A stretch of 63,246 bases of DNA, counting the filler, from Octopus bimaculoides (Eukaryota): NCBI RefSeq assembly GCF_001194135.2. It is 5 parts of 5 records of this genome, joined end to end, with 100 filler letters (N's around TTAATTAATTAA, not from the genome) between each part and the next. Parts side by side here need not be neighbours in the genome. Positions count along the whole stretch, not along the records: positions 42,372 to 57,123 come from NC_068991.1; positions 57,224 to 59,901 come from NC_068981.1; positions 60,002 to 63,246 come from NC_068988.1; 2 more parts are not named here. The stretch is one strand, 5' to 3'. Made by a program: the position numbers and the translations under genes. The notes beneath the pieces are model-generated. The model was not told the origin of the DNA, searched no databases, and worked only from the letters and a program-made list of their open reading frames with translations. Each line of letters opens with the position of its first letter. Position 1 is the stretch's first letter. Positions 49,690-63,221 of this stretch are shown one piece after another.

Positions 49690-52080
49690 AAATATTGAAA
49701 TATCGACACCGTACGGAAAGAATACCAGGTATGTACAGGAGTGTGTATATAAACCAGGACAAATCGGTGAGTTTGCTACTAGGCTCTTGGAGAGGCATAT
49801 CCATGTTGGCCAATGTTGATTTCTGTCGCTGGACTCAGGATTCGGTGAAAGTGCTCAGAATCTGGTTTGGACCAGTCCTCCTTGTGGATAGCAACTGGGA
49901 AGTAGTCATGAACAGGGCGGCCAATCTCACACAGAACTGGACTGAGAGGAAGCTATCTCTGAAAGGTCGAGCGTCTTACATGAGAGAGTAGCTGCTCAAC
50001 ACAAGCTCACAAGTCGCTAATGTACTGATACTGAACGATTATGTGTGAACGCAAATATTGCCTCGGTGTCCTACCTTATTCCAAGAAAACTCTGACCAGA
50101 TTGAAATGCTTGCTCTTTTGATTCTAATTAGAGGACAGGGTTCTGCTGGTCAGGAAATCCATCTGCTGTCAACAACTACTCCGTGATGGTTTCTCGTGAT
50201 GTTGTCTTTGACGATGCACGGGCATGCACTGAAGCTGACGTACCTGCATGGAATATCAAAATCGTTGCGATGATATCAACAACGGCGACAAAAATAAGGG
50301 CGAACTAATGTTTGGCATTTAGAATGTTACCAGGCGCTCACTGCATTTAGCCGCTGGGCAAAGCCGTTAGCGAGAAAACAACTGAAGACTTATATAGAGG
50401 GATTAGTGGAGGGTGTGAGTCGACAATGGCCTCGAATTGACTCTGGGTATCGAGGAGACCAAACTGAGTGGATTCTTCTGGAGGACTTTCTGGTTGAAGA
50501 CTTGAACAATTTCCAAAGTGCTAGGCATGACAGTGCAACAGTGCTACAGTGAGGCATTGCCTGTTCAGGCATTAATGCACCAATGGCCGAACTTAATCGA
50601 TGCGCATGCAAGGGAACGATACCGTCCTGCACGCAATCGTTCAGTATCTGTATATCAATGACTTGTGAGTTTGTGTTGAGCAGCGGCTGTTTCGTGTAAG
50701 ATGAATCCAGCTAACTGCCGAGCGTATACTAAAGATCGATTAACCAACTTCCCTTGATAGAGAAGAGAGGCAGAGCTTTCTCTGCTTAATGATTGTGGGA
50801 AAAGAAGCTGTTTGATAGACCCGTCTGAAAGGTTTGAAGATCGACTCTTTTCTACGTGGCCAAGCTCTCATCAATTTCTTCAGATATCATTTGAATAGGA
50901 ATGTATGGGTAGAGAAGAAGTTGCTGTCATCTGCTACCAGCATCCTGAATGGTGGGCCTGACATGTCATGGTTGCTAATGTGCAGACATGCGTTGCGCTT
51001 ACGCCACTTACAGATTTTCCTGCTGTGGTCCTCGTTTGTAAAGCACGCTTTTCTGCAGCTCATCTCTTTGACAGAGCTGCAGTCCTGGGTCAAGAAATGG
51101 TCGGGATTAGACGTCTGGCATCTAGAATATCGTCAGGCTCTCACTGGCCTCTAGCAATCGGGTAATATGATCGGTAGAAGTTTTGAAGTAGCAATATATA
51201 GAAATCTAATGGTGGGTAAGAGCAATGAGGTTCTCAGGGAAACTCTATCGTTGACAAACATGAACTGGCTTGTCTATTTTGGAGGACGTTGGGGCCCAGT
51301 ACTACTATGGATAATTTCCAGAAATCCCTAGCCTGACAGTGGTACCGAGGAGCATTGTTAGTTTGAGATAAACTCTACAGGCATGGAAGTGCAGTCAGGC
51401 GAGACTGTCCGAGATGTGCACAGAGCGACGAAACCGTTCTGCATGCTGAGTATTGATGACTTGTGAAGCTATGTCGAACAGCTATTATCCGTGTGGCACG
51501 AATCCGACTATCAACTGAATCCATCGTGAGGTTCGCCCCACCATCCACTTTTAACAAGGTAGGGCAGACGGTGTTCCTCTGTCAAGTGGTTATGGTGAAT
51601 GAGGTTGTGTGGTGGATGAGGCTGAAAGAATTGGAGAAAGACACTTTCCTCTTCGATCAAGTCCTCATCGACTTTTTTTCAGTTCCTCGTGGAAAGCAAA
51701 GTGAGGGTGGTGAGGGAAGTGTTACCTCCCAGTGAATTAATAAAAAGATGGTTGACTGGAAAAAATCGTTAGAGTGAATTGCTCTATTCTAAGTATGTGC
51801 CTGTAGAATGAGAAGCGAGAAAGAGGGCACTTACCTTTGGTGGTCAGGATAATTCGGGATCTGAGGGGTTCTTTGATTGGCCCTTGCTGGAGTTTCTTTT
51901 GTATCATGATGACTGCATCATTCATGTTATCACATATTTTGTATATTATGTAAACTTTTATCGTATTTCACTGTCTTTTCCATTTCTTTCTCCCCATCCT
52001 TTATATGAATCCTGACACAGATTGTTGTCTGTCCATGTGATGTCCCCTTCATCTGTGTCCCTGTAACTAATGAAAGAAAT
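49690..52080 (+). mobile_element. Rearranged, degenerate Tx1-clade LINE (two overlapping ORF2 3' segments in tandem + 3'UTR)
   Basis: INQDKSVSLLLGSWRG..WFGP..NWE..TQNWTERKLSLKGRA; RKSICCQ; YRGIVEG; CYSEALPV..TVLHAIVQ; GQALINFFRYHL. It restarts at about 50932 (QHP.NGG..RHALRLRHL) through a second zinc-finger-like region and ends CTAATGAAAGAAAT(AAT)n. Confidence 0.85.
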
Positions 52081-52099
52081 AATAATAATAATAATAATA

Positions 52100-52227
<128 letters not shown>

Positions 52228-52511
52228 TATTATTATTATTATTATTATCACATGTATTTCAAACTCTACAGAAAAGTTGCTTCAATCGATCCTTCATAAA
52301 ATATTTTTAAAATAAAATGTAGTAGGAACAGTTAAAAAAAATTGACGTAAAAATGTTTATTGAAAACAAAAAAAAATAAAACATCATAACAAAAACGATG
52401 ACGACGGTGATGACGATGATGATGAGGGTAATGACGATGAGGAGGAGGAGGAGGAGGAGGTTGTTGATGATGGAGACTACGACGTGAATGAATAAGACGA
52501 CTATGATGATA

Positions 52512-52551
<40 letters not shown>

Positions 52552-52601
52552 CTATAATAATGAAGAGGAGGAGGAAGCGGAGGTGGATAAAATTGAGGAT
52601 G

Positions 52602-52652
<51 letters not shown>

Positions 52653-53338
52653 TCATTATTATTGCTATTACCATTAATAATATCTGTTGTAGTATTAGTA
52701 TTATTATAAGTGAAACTGAAAAATATTTTTGAAAAATTCAATAAAAATAAAAATATAAAAGAAATAAAAAATACGTGTTAATGGAATAATATTGGTATCC
52801 GAAAGCCTCGTATCATCATAATCATCATCAGCAGCAGCAGTTGCTTTATCATTACCATCAGCATTATCATCATCATGAACTGTTTGATAATAGCTAACCA
52901 AACAATTTTAAATGCGATACTATCTTTGGTTAAAACACACTTTTAGTCAATTATGTAATACACTAATGTTAGATTACGGTGTGCGCGCACGCACTAGTAT
53001 GTTTGTGTGTGTGTGTGTGTATATGTGAGTATGCGCATGCGCGCAAGTGTGTGTGTACGTGTGTGAGTACGTATTTTTTTAATTACATGTTTTGTATGTA
53101 ATTGCTTTATTGCTTTTAAACATTTCGTTGCACACACACACACACACATACATGTATTTATGTATGTATGTATGTATGTATGTATGATGCATGTATGTAT
53201 GTGCGTGTGTGTGTATGCATATATATATATATATGTTTATATACATATATATGTATGTATATATATATATGTGTTTATATACATGTATATATGTAAATAT
53301 ATATGTATACATATATGTGTATATATATATATATATAT

Positions 53339-53393
<55 letters not shown>

Positions 53394-53457
53394 TATACGT
53401 ATATACATATATGCATATATATACATACACACACACATATATGCCTCTGTATGTGTG

Positions 53458-53492
<35 letters not shown>

Positions 53493-55294
53493 GTGCAGTG
53501 TTTACAGCTAAGTTGCCTCCATTTCCAACTGTGTTCCACGATACGGTAATGAGATTTATTTTCATTCACGAGGGATGATTTAGTGCGCTGCTTCAGTACA
53601 TACATACATACATGCATAGACAGACAGACAGACAAACAGACAGACATGCAAACATACATCCACACACGAATCCCTACATATGTCTATACGTATTTATATA
53701 TGCACATATCAAGACATATATGTGCGTTTGAACATGTGCATATGTGCGTACATGGATGAGCCTGTGCGTATAAGCTTGTGTATATGTGTATTTGTATAAG
53801 TGCGTAACTTTGGCGTTAGTTACTTCATTTCCATAACTGTATGTTAGAGTTTATTTGTTTGTTGCGAAGGGGTTGGATGGAGAAGAAGACGTGTGTTAAC
53901 GTTGGTAATCATTGAAACATGTCAATGTAATCATGATAGATCAAAAACATTAATAATATGTTCTATTTTAATAGAAGTTTGCCAACAGACTGTGGAGTAA
54001 AATCCTTCTTTGTTCTGATGACACTGCAACCGTACATTAGAATCGTTATATCTTCGTAGATCATCTCAAAATTCCGTGGCGACAAAAAATATCACCTAAG
54101 GTTTTCCTTAGATAAAACCCCACATCTATCACAGATACCTTTTCCCCAAAATTCGAATAATATTCACAACGCTCGCCAATTAAACAATGCTATCACTGAT
54201 TGCAACGGTGGATTAAATGACTGAGTATTGATAAACGCCTTGGTTCCATCGACAGAATTTCAACACAAATTTTGTTTCTTTTTTCTTTAACATATCGATA
54301 CTGCTATCTGCGATTTAGGATTAACTGCCGACCACTCTATTTTTTATCGCTAAGCCAGAAAGGAGAGATTGTACAATTATCTTTTACGGCCTAAAGTGGT
54401 CTTTGAGAGTGAACTGTCACCTCATACAAGAGTTCTGAACCTCAGTGCATGCAATAGAGTGGATTTCCTATAGGTACAAATGGGTCAACTTTTGATGTTG
54501 TACCACTGAACGGGCTAAGTCTACCACCAATGTAGAATTTGAACCTAAACTGCAAAAAGCTAGAACGAATATCACAAGACATTACATCCGACGCATTGAT
54601 GATTCCAAGAGTTTACTGCGATAAAGCTAATATACATTTACCGAGCAAACGATGATCAAATTATAATATTGTCCTTGATGGAATTTGAACTCAGAACGCA
54701 GGACGCTGGAACAAATACGACAAATCGCTTTCTTCGATGCTCTGTCGATTCTGCCACCTTGCTGTTTATCTTTCTTCCTCACGCAGTTATCATATTATTA
54801 GTTCATAATTAGTGTACATAGTTTATTTTCCTTCTAATTTCCAATTATTTGTGTGCGCAATAATGCTCTGGCGCGCATATTTTTACAAAGGGTGAACTGA
54901 ATCCTTCAAATGGAGTAAATATTTGATAGTTTTTTTTTTAAGATAATATTGAATTCGTTCACTATTACAAGGCCACAAATATTGGCTGAAGGAAACAATT
55001 GATTAAATCATCACCGATAGTTAACTGGTACTTATTTTGATCAAATACAACCATTATGCTCCTGATGGATGAGACGACACCTACTCACCGTCAAATATAT
55101 TCTCGGAGATTTGAACTCAAAATATAAAGGAACCTATGTAAACAGGAGAAGGCATTGCGTCGTTACTCTGCTGTAATCTTTCAAGTTAAAGATGCTATTA
55201 ACACAAGAGCACACATTTTCAAATACAAACTTCAAATAAGTGTTGTTTATTTTATCAACTCCACAAAAGTAAAGTCCCCTAGACATTACTGTTT

Positions 55295-55510
55295 CAAGTC
55301 CTACGGGGTCTGGTTACCCAAGATCACATCATTCCTCGTTGAACGGGATACCAATCCGTTACAGGGTTAATCATTTACAGCTAAGTGAGCTGGAGCAACG
55401 TAAAAGGAAGTGTCTTGATTAAGAAGACAACGAACCACTCGGTCCGGAAAACGAAACCACGACCATGGGATCACGAGTACAACAGCCTAACCACTAGGCC
55501 AAAGCCTTCA
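55295..55510 (-). mobile_element. tRNA-derived CORE-like SINE
   Basis: Minus strand GGCCTAGTGGTTAGG..GGTTTCGTTTTCCGG (A/B boxes), then CAAGACACTT..GTTGCTCCAGCTCACTTAGCTGTAAATGA. Confidence 0.7.
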
Positions 55511-56014
55511 CCAGCAACACAGGGAGGAACGGAAATGCTTACTCTGACTGCTGCAAACTTACGTGAGAGACGTAGCAAAACATCACATTCGTTACTTCTC
55601 CGATTCTGGCTTAAACAACCTACAATTTTATAATAATGGTTTCCGATTGAGGCTCAAAACCAGCAATTTAAGGTGGTGAGATGATTAGTAGACAGATGAT
55701 CGGCGCTTAATTTTATCGATCGCGGAAGGAATGAAAGGCGAAGTTGAACTCGGCTGGATTTGAACTATAAGAGCCGGAAAAAATAGCTCAGAGAAATTTG
55801 TCCGACGAACGAACGATTCTGCCAATCTGTCACGCTTTCGTATTTTAGGATAATGAAAACGTTGAAACAACTATGACTGTGATTATGTGTCTCAATGCGT
55901 GTTCATGTGTTACGTTTCAAACAACCTAAACGTATACATATATGTGTATGTATATATGTATGTATGTATGCATGTATGTATGTATGTATGTATGTATGTG
56001 CGTATGTATGTATG

Positions 56015-56074
<60 letters not shown>

Positions 56075-56717
56075 CATACATACATACATACATACATACA
56101 TACATACATACATACATACATACATAGACAGACAGATAGATATACTAATTTATAATTATATAGATAATTATATTAAAGGGTGCGGATTAGCCACACCATC
56201 ACGCTAGAAATAGATGCCAAATGGCTCTAAAACCACTTCAATACTCCATTAGCACGGATTGTAAGCGAGCAGATGAAAAGATTGATAAGATTTTCTGACT
56301 AATTGTAAATCGATTTCAAACTTAGCGTTATAAAACACCCTGTTATCATCAGTACAATATGTCAAAGTATATATATGCAAATATCTACACATGCCCATAC
56401 GAACGCCATATTCGTACGACCATATACATACATCAACATATATATGACGCTGATACAATGGAATGTCTCCCGACCGTGCGGCTCAACGGCGCAACTCAGT
56501 CAATGTTGTTGACAGCGTTTTAGTTAAAGCCACGGCTTTAAAATTTGCTCAAAGTTACTTCTCTTTGGTGTTTCCCATTGAGGAAGACTAAGATCCAGAA
56601 ACCCTCCCTCTGGAAATCTGACAGAGGGCAGCACTGGGCAGATAAGGGTTTTTTTACAGTTTTTACCATAAGAGAGAATTGTTTTCTCTACAGTAACTGC
56701 CGTGAATTTGCCTCTAG

Positions 56718-56984
56718 ATGTTGAAATATCTCAAACATAATAAGACAATGACATATGTAGGCGAAACAGCAAGGAGCATAGGGGAGCGGGCAAATGAACA
56801 TTGGAGGGAACTTAAGGAAGGGAAGAACTCATCAGTTCTGTACCAGCACGCTGAGCAAGAACATAGAGGCTCAATCAACAACACAGAAATTAAAATCTTA
56901 TCTACACATAGCAGTGATGCAGCACTTAGACAAATTATTGAAGCTACACACATAATAGAAGAGAAACCTAGAATGGAACACTAG
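56718..56984 (+). mobile_element. Penelope-like element GIY-YIG endonuclease fragment
   Basis: TYVGETARSIGERANEHWRELKEGKNSSVLYQHAEQEH..IKIL..LRQIIEATHIIEEKP shows the Y(V)G-E-T..R..EH motif and the catalytic Glu helix. Confidence 0.85.
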
Positions 56985-58446
56985 AATGGAACACTAACAC
57001 ACACCACTAACAAACCACAAACCACAGCATGTGACATGTTACCCATAAACCAATAATAATATGAACAAAGTATAATACAATACATAGATAAACAAATGGA
57101 ATTAAATACTACATACGTTAACANNNNNNNNNNNNNNNNNNNNNNNNNNNNNNNNNNNNNNNNNNNNTTAATTAATTAANNNNNNNNNNNNNNNNNNNNN
57201 NNNNNNNNNNNNNNNNNNNNNNNTATATATCAAATGCAAAAAGAAGAAAATACTCTCAGGACTTCTTTATTATTAAAAAAAAAACAGTAAGAAAGTATTT
57301 TCCTTTTATCTTAATCTACTACTAGTCTCAATCGCATTAAAAAATACGATTTAGTCATACTGAAATAAAAGGGAAAATAAAATGAAATATGCTAAATTAA
57401 CCTTTTATATTATCATTCCAGGAAGTTCACATGTTTTAGTTACAAAATCACATGGTGCTGGTATATCGTTTCCGTCTAATTGTTACTGGGAAGTACTAGC
57501 AAGAGTAGTAGCCATAGTGGCTGTTAGTGGTGGCAGCTGGTAGGCATGTGGCAAGATCGGCAGAATGGGATGGTAGCGGCTATAGTAGTTATCAGTCCAA
57601 CTAGTAGTAGCAACCATTGCGGTGACGTTAGTAAATGTTGCAGCAATTTTGGGGTTTGTGTCTTCCTCTCTCTGCCAACGATGTTTAAACAAGGTTGGAA
57701 TTTGGTTATGAAGGATCTTTTTGTTGATGCGCTGCTACTGAGTCGTGTAAACGCAAAATTGATATAAAGTGATGCATTCTCCTCTATGTTCATCGAGTTC
57801 AGCTTCTTTGTATCCCTGTATTTTCATATAAGATATATGTAGATTCATGCGCCTACCGTCTGTTCAACGTAATATTCCCAACATTTTGAGTAGCTTTTTT
57901 TTTTATTGTGAAGAGTTGTCACAGTTCGAAATGGATCTCCGATCCTTCTGTCGAATCAAAACATATACCACGTTTATATCTTCTGCTTTTGTTTTATTGT
58001 TGGTCTTGTTATTGTGTGAATCTTCGTTTTTGTTAGTTTGTATTCATTGATTTCGGTCGCTTTTAATTTTTATGTGTTTGAAGGATTTGTTTCAGCCTGT
58101 GGCCCTTTTTCAGGATCATTACTGCCGATCCATTTTCTTCTATTAGTCAAATTACGTAGTTATGCGTACGGGTGTAGATATGTAAACATAACATGTATCT
58201 TTTCTAACTAATTACGCTGATTTGTAAGTATACATGCGTTTCTGCTTTTTGTTTTTCAAACCTAACTTAAAGAGACTAGCGTGGAGCTATTAGTTATTTT
58301 ATATAGAAACATCAAATGTTCGTGTTTGATATATATAGGGGGTTAAAATAGCAGCATCGTCGGTTCCTTAGGTGGCGTTAAACACTACATGTCAGTATGA
58401 ATACTGCTTTCATCTCTTACAGAGATTTTCTCGACTAGCTACTTTG

Positions 58447-58488
<42 letters not shown>

Positions 58489-58691
58489 GAGAGAGAGAGA
58501 GAGTGAGAGAGAAAGAGAGAGCGAGAGAGAGGGTGAGAGAGAGAGAGTAGAGGGAGAGAGATTGGTCTACATGCAGGTATGCCTGTATGTATGCATACAC
58601 GCACACACATGCATATATTAATGCATGTATGTGTGCGTGTGTATGCATACATACAGGCATACCTGCATATATAGCAATCTCTCTCCCTCTA

Positions 58692-58755
<64 letters not shown>

Positions 58756-59526
58756 TATATGCATGTGTATATACAAATATAGGTATAATGTATATATGTA
58801 CACATATATATACATATATATACATGCATACACACACACACATATATATATACAAATAGGCCAATAAGCACATATATACGTACGTATAGAGACAAACTCA
58901 CGTGTGTATGTGTGTGTACATGTGTGTGCGTGCCTGAGTATGTGTGCGTGTGAGTTGTGTGCGTGTGTGTTGTCATTATTATCATTACAGTATAGCCTCA
59001 ACTGAAGTAAAACTGTGCCCTTATAATTTAAAGCAATTATATCCATTGGCAAAAGGTTTCTGTGTGTATTTTTAGTCTCTGAGTCTGATACCAGGGTATT
59101 TTGCAAGCGATAGACAACCTGTGGGGGAATATAAAACGCCATCTTGTGGAGCCGTTTAGAAGAAGTAAATGTAAACAGATCTGATAGGAGGCGCTATTAG
59201 CAAGTGACAAGCAGCAGGTGACGAAGCCGTATCTACTGCGTGATGTGATAACTAAAGATATGGTTAAGATTGTAAGATATTGCTTTCACCACACCCGAAG
59301 ATTTTATTCATTACAACGATTGTAGTTATCACCCTTTTTCCGTTTCTCCTCTCAATATGTATTTATGTTACTAATTGTATTTATTTTATATGGTTTTTTT
59401 TTTCATTCTGTTAATCAAAGTGTCTGTCTTTCTATGTATATATATATATATCTATTATTTTTCTGCCTACCTACCTACCTACATACCTACCTACCTACCT
59501 ACCTACCTACCTACCGATCTATCTAG

Positions 59527-59901
59527 CTGTATTGTCAAATGCCAGACTTGTTTGGCGACCTCTTGGCATCAGTCTACTGCAACTGGCAACAAAACGGGAG
59601 AATTCCCGGTTTCGTGAGCCGAGGTGCAGTGACATTGCTGAAGAAAGACCCAAACAAGGGGAATTTTATAGATAATTTCAGGCCCATCACTCTGCTCAAC
59701 GCAGACTTGAAAATTTTGGCCAAAGTAATAGCCGAGAGGTTGACGCTTGTCATCGATAAACTGGTCGACAGGGCGCAAACATGCGCCGTGCCGGGCAGAA
59801 GTATCCATGACAACCTCCACCTCATGCGCTACATCATAGACAGGGTAGTTAAGGATCCTGGCATGGGTGGGGCGCTGATCAATTTAGATCAATCTAAAGC
59901 C
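59527..59901 (+). mobile_element. Tx1-clade reverse transcriptase N-terminal domains, open frame, cut by a gap
   Basis: GAVTLLKKDPNKGNFIDNFRPITLLNADLKILAKVIAERL..QTCAVPGRSIHDNLHLMRYII..GALINLDQSKA. Confidence 0.95.
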
Positions 59902-60001
59902 NNNNNNNNNNNNNNNNNNNNNNNNNNNNNNNNNNNNNNNNNNNNTTAATTAATTAANNNNNNNNNNNNNNNNNNNNNNNNNNNNNNNNNNNNNNNNNNN
60001 N

Positions 60002-60270
60002 CTAAAAACAGAAACAATTCCTATCATAGTAGGTGCCTTAGGTATAATAAAAAAAATATTCAGACAAATACATAACAAAAGCACCAGGACTTACAAATAT
60101 ATATAACATACAGAAAATTGCACTACTGGGTACTGCACACATTCTACGCAAAACGCTTTCAATACAGTAAACATAAGAGCACCACTGCAAACCACAGCAC
60201 ATACCCAAGGCGCACAGAGCTGCGCTCGGTAGTGAAGTGAAAGCACGTTATAAAAATAAAACTACTGAAC
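60002..60270 (+). mobile_element. R4/Dong family 2, 3' end with (AAT)n tail to about 60350
   Basis: Reverse-complement match to 15620-15890, including GAGCTGCGCTCGGTAGTGAAGTGAAAGCACGTTATAAAAATAAAAC. Confidence 0.9.
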
Positions 60271-60332
<62 letters not shown>

Positions 60333-62565
60333 TAATAATAATAATAATAATATTTGGTACAAGGCCAGCTATTTTAGTGTTAGTGGATTACATTTCCCCC
60401 AATGCTCAAATGCCACTTCATTGACCCTTTGGATAAAACGAAAAAATCGACTGCAGCAAAATTTAATCTCAAAATGTAGAGAGCCGGAAAATGTGTTAGT
60501 TTCAAAATATTCTTTCCTTATTATTGTGCTGAATGATAATTGAGTTATACTTGTAAAATAAACTGACCATTACTTGATATAAAGAATGCATTACAAATGT
60601 TCCTAGCAGCTGACGATAGGCAAACTCGTGGAACACGATTCACATTAACACCAGACCGATTCTGTTCCATCAACATAAAAATTACAAAAACAAAGAAAAA
60701 GCGAATAAAAGCTGTATCATTCAACCATGATTAACCATGATTTCAAAATTTGGCACAAGGCCAGCAAGTTCAAGGGAGGAGTAAGTCGATTACATCAACC
60801 TCAGCACTCAACTGGGTACTTATTTTATAGACCCCGAAAGGTTGAAAGGCATAATCGACCTCAGTAGAATTTGAACTCAGAACGTAAAGGGGGGCGAAAC
60901 ATTTTTCCCATGTACTTACGATTCTACTAGCTCACTGCCTTCAACCCAGAATTAATAACATGGTGAAGCGCGCTTTGAATCTAACACATTAGAAAGTACA
61001 AAAATGGAGCGTACAAAATTCGACAACACTTATAGCCGAAGGAAATGATACCTATTCAATTAAAGGATCGAAGCTTTGTCATCAAATTTCTCAAAATGAA
61101 ATAAAATAATAATAAATAGATAAATAAATAAAGGAGAAAAGAAGAATAAGGAGAAACATAGATACGAAAAGAATGTTTTCGTCCAACATGCTTATATTCG
61201 ATCAATACGCCGAGGACAAGAAACTGGAATACAAGATTAGAGGAAGATTAACCTGCCTTATTAAGCATAGGTTCAGATGTAGGACGAATGTTAAGGTACA
61301 GACGTGGCTAAGATATCGATCCAAAAGGATATTGTGCGTTACTCCGCCGATCAGAGACGGAGGATGCTCCTTCATAAATCCAAAATTTTATTTTGGAATT
61401 TACGGACTACTGTCTTCGAAGACTCATATTGTCGTTCAATGCTCGAAATGAGGAGAAGATAGACAGCCGACAATTGATGAAGGGTCGTTCTCCATGTTAC
61501 TTGTCCTGTTTTCCATTCTTTTCTCTCGTTGTTTGCGTATTTAACTCGTTTGTGTTCGTACTTCATGTTGTTTACATAATTGGTGACGTCCTGTATTACT
61601 TTCGGATAAAATAAAGCACCGTAAAGGTAGCAGTATAAATATTGAGAAGTGGTGCAATAAGGCACCAATGTTTACTGGAAATAGCAGTAAAGCTCCAATG
61701 TGTATATACTGGCAACATTTTTTTTCATTGTTCTCGGTCTGTTAACGGCTAGGCGTTCAGGCGAGTATCCTGGCATTGAAGTAGCAACATTTGAAATATT
61801 GTCCTTGTAAATCTAACTGAATAGGACTAATCTAATTTACGATAACAAACGTATTTGAAGAGTCCGAAACCTAGGTACTAGATGATCCGATTCTGGGTTT
61901 TCCATTTATCTTCCTAGAGGTAAGACAAAATTTTTTATGTTCACTGCCCTCACATGTCTTTGCCAGTATATACACAGTGAAGTTTTACTATAGCGTCGTA
62001 AATGTATCAATTGGTATTTCCAGTAAACATTGGTGCCTTGTAGCACTACTACTATATATATACATACATATATATATATATGTATGTGTGTGTGTGTGTG
62101 TGTNNNNNNNNNNNNNNNNNNNNNNNNNNNNNNNNNNNNNNNNNNNNNNNNNNNNNNNNNNNNNNNNNNNNNNNNNNNNNNNNNNNNNNNNNNNNNNNNN
62201 NNNNNNNNNNNNNNNNNNNNNNNNNNNNNNNNNNNNNNNNNNNNNNNNNNNNNNNNNNNNNNNNNNNNNNNNNNNNNNNNNNNNNNNNNNNNNNNNNNNN
62301 NNNNNNNNNNNNNNNNNNNNNNNNNNNNNNNNNNNNNNNNNNNNNNNNNNNNNNNNNNNNNNNNNNNNNNNNNNNNNNNNNNNNNNNNNNNNNNNNNNNN
62401 NNNNNNNNNNNNNNNNNNNNNNNNNNNNNNNNNNNNNNNNNNNNNNNNNNNNNNNNNNNNNNNNNNNNNNNNNNNNNNNNNNNNNNNNNNNNNNNNNNNN
62501 NNNNNNNNNNNNNNNNNNNNNNNNNNNNNNNNNNNNNNNNNNNNNNNNNNNNNNNNNNNNATGTA

Positions 62566-62609
<44 letters not shown>

Positions 62610-63060
62610 AACTATTCTTAGAATTTAGTAGACATATTGAGCATCATCAAGCCCACGATGGCTATGAAAAATGTCCGGACGAGTTGAGTTGTTTCTCAAA
62701 CATCCCAGAAGATTCACTGGTCACCCACTTCACTATGTCTGTTCCTGTCCCCGACAACATCTTAAAGGTTGTTATACACTCATTGAGCAAGGGTGACAAG
62801 CAGAGCAAGTAGACGTCGTTGTTAAAGATATAACTGTTTGAACTTATAATTCAAGCCACTAGTAAATCAACGAGGGTTTTCATCGATGCCACCAGGGCAA
62901 AGATAGTTGAAGCTAGACACGAAGTAACCCCTTCTACGTCATATCAGTGACAACTAATATATTTTGTAATCGTATGTGGCAGTAATTTGTGTGTGAGTGT
63001 GCCGCTGGAATATCTATGGTCCCCACTCTCCCGTTATTTATAAAAGTAAATTTAGATATA

Positions 63061-63221
63061 GGCGCATACGTGGCTGTGTAGTAAGAAGCTTGCTTCTCAA
63101 CCACATGGTTCCAGGTTCAGTCCCACTGCATGATACGTTGGGCAATTGTCTTCTATAGCCTCGGGCCGACCAAAGCCTTGTGAGTGGATTTGGTAGACGG
63201 AAACTGAAAGAAACCTGTCGT
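63061..63221 (+). mobile_element. SINE family A, well preserved
   Basis: GGCGCA..GTGGCTGTGTAGTAAGAAGCTTG..GGTTCCAGGTTCAGTCCC..GGGCAA..TAGCCTCGGGCCGACCAAAGCCTTGTGAGTGGATTTGGTAGACGGAAACTGAAAGAA, followed by (TG)n. Confidence 0.9.

Larger units (their letters stand above)
54490..60945 (-). mobile_element. Further SINE family B copies (54490-54620, 54670-54770, 54960-55120, 55650-55835, 60355-60500, 60745-60945)
   Basis: Same core as the 30-37 kb copies; 60745-60945 is the best preserved. Confidence 0.7.

Noticed and set aside
57700-58000. Possible Penelope RT C-terminal remnant (also 41750-42240)
   Set aside because: No diagnostic motif could be read with confidence.
61340-61620. Penelope-LTR-like segment with TTGATGAAG as a hammerhead; also CTGATGAAG at about 18347 and CTGATG..CGAAA at 37474-37525
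   Set aside because: I could not assemble a CUGANGA core, GAAA and three stems at any of these sites.
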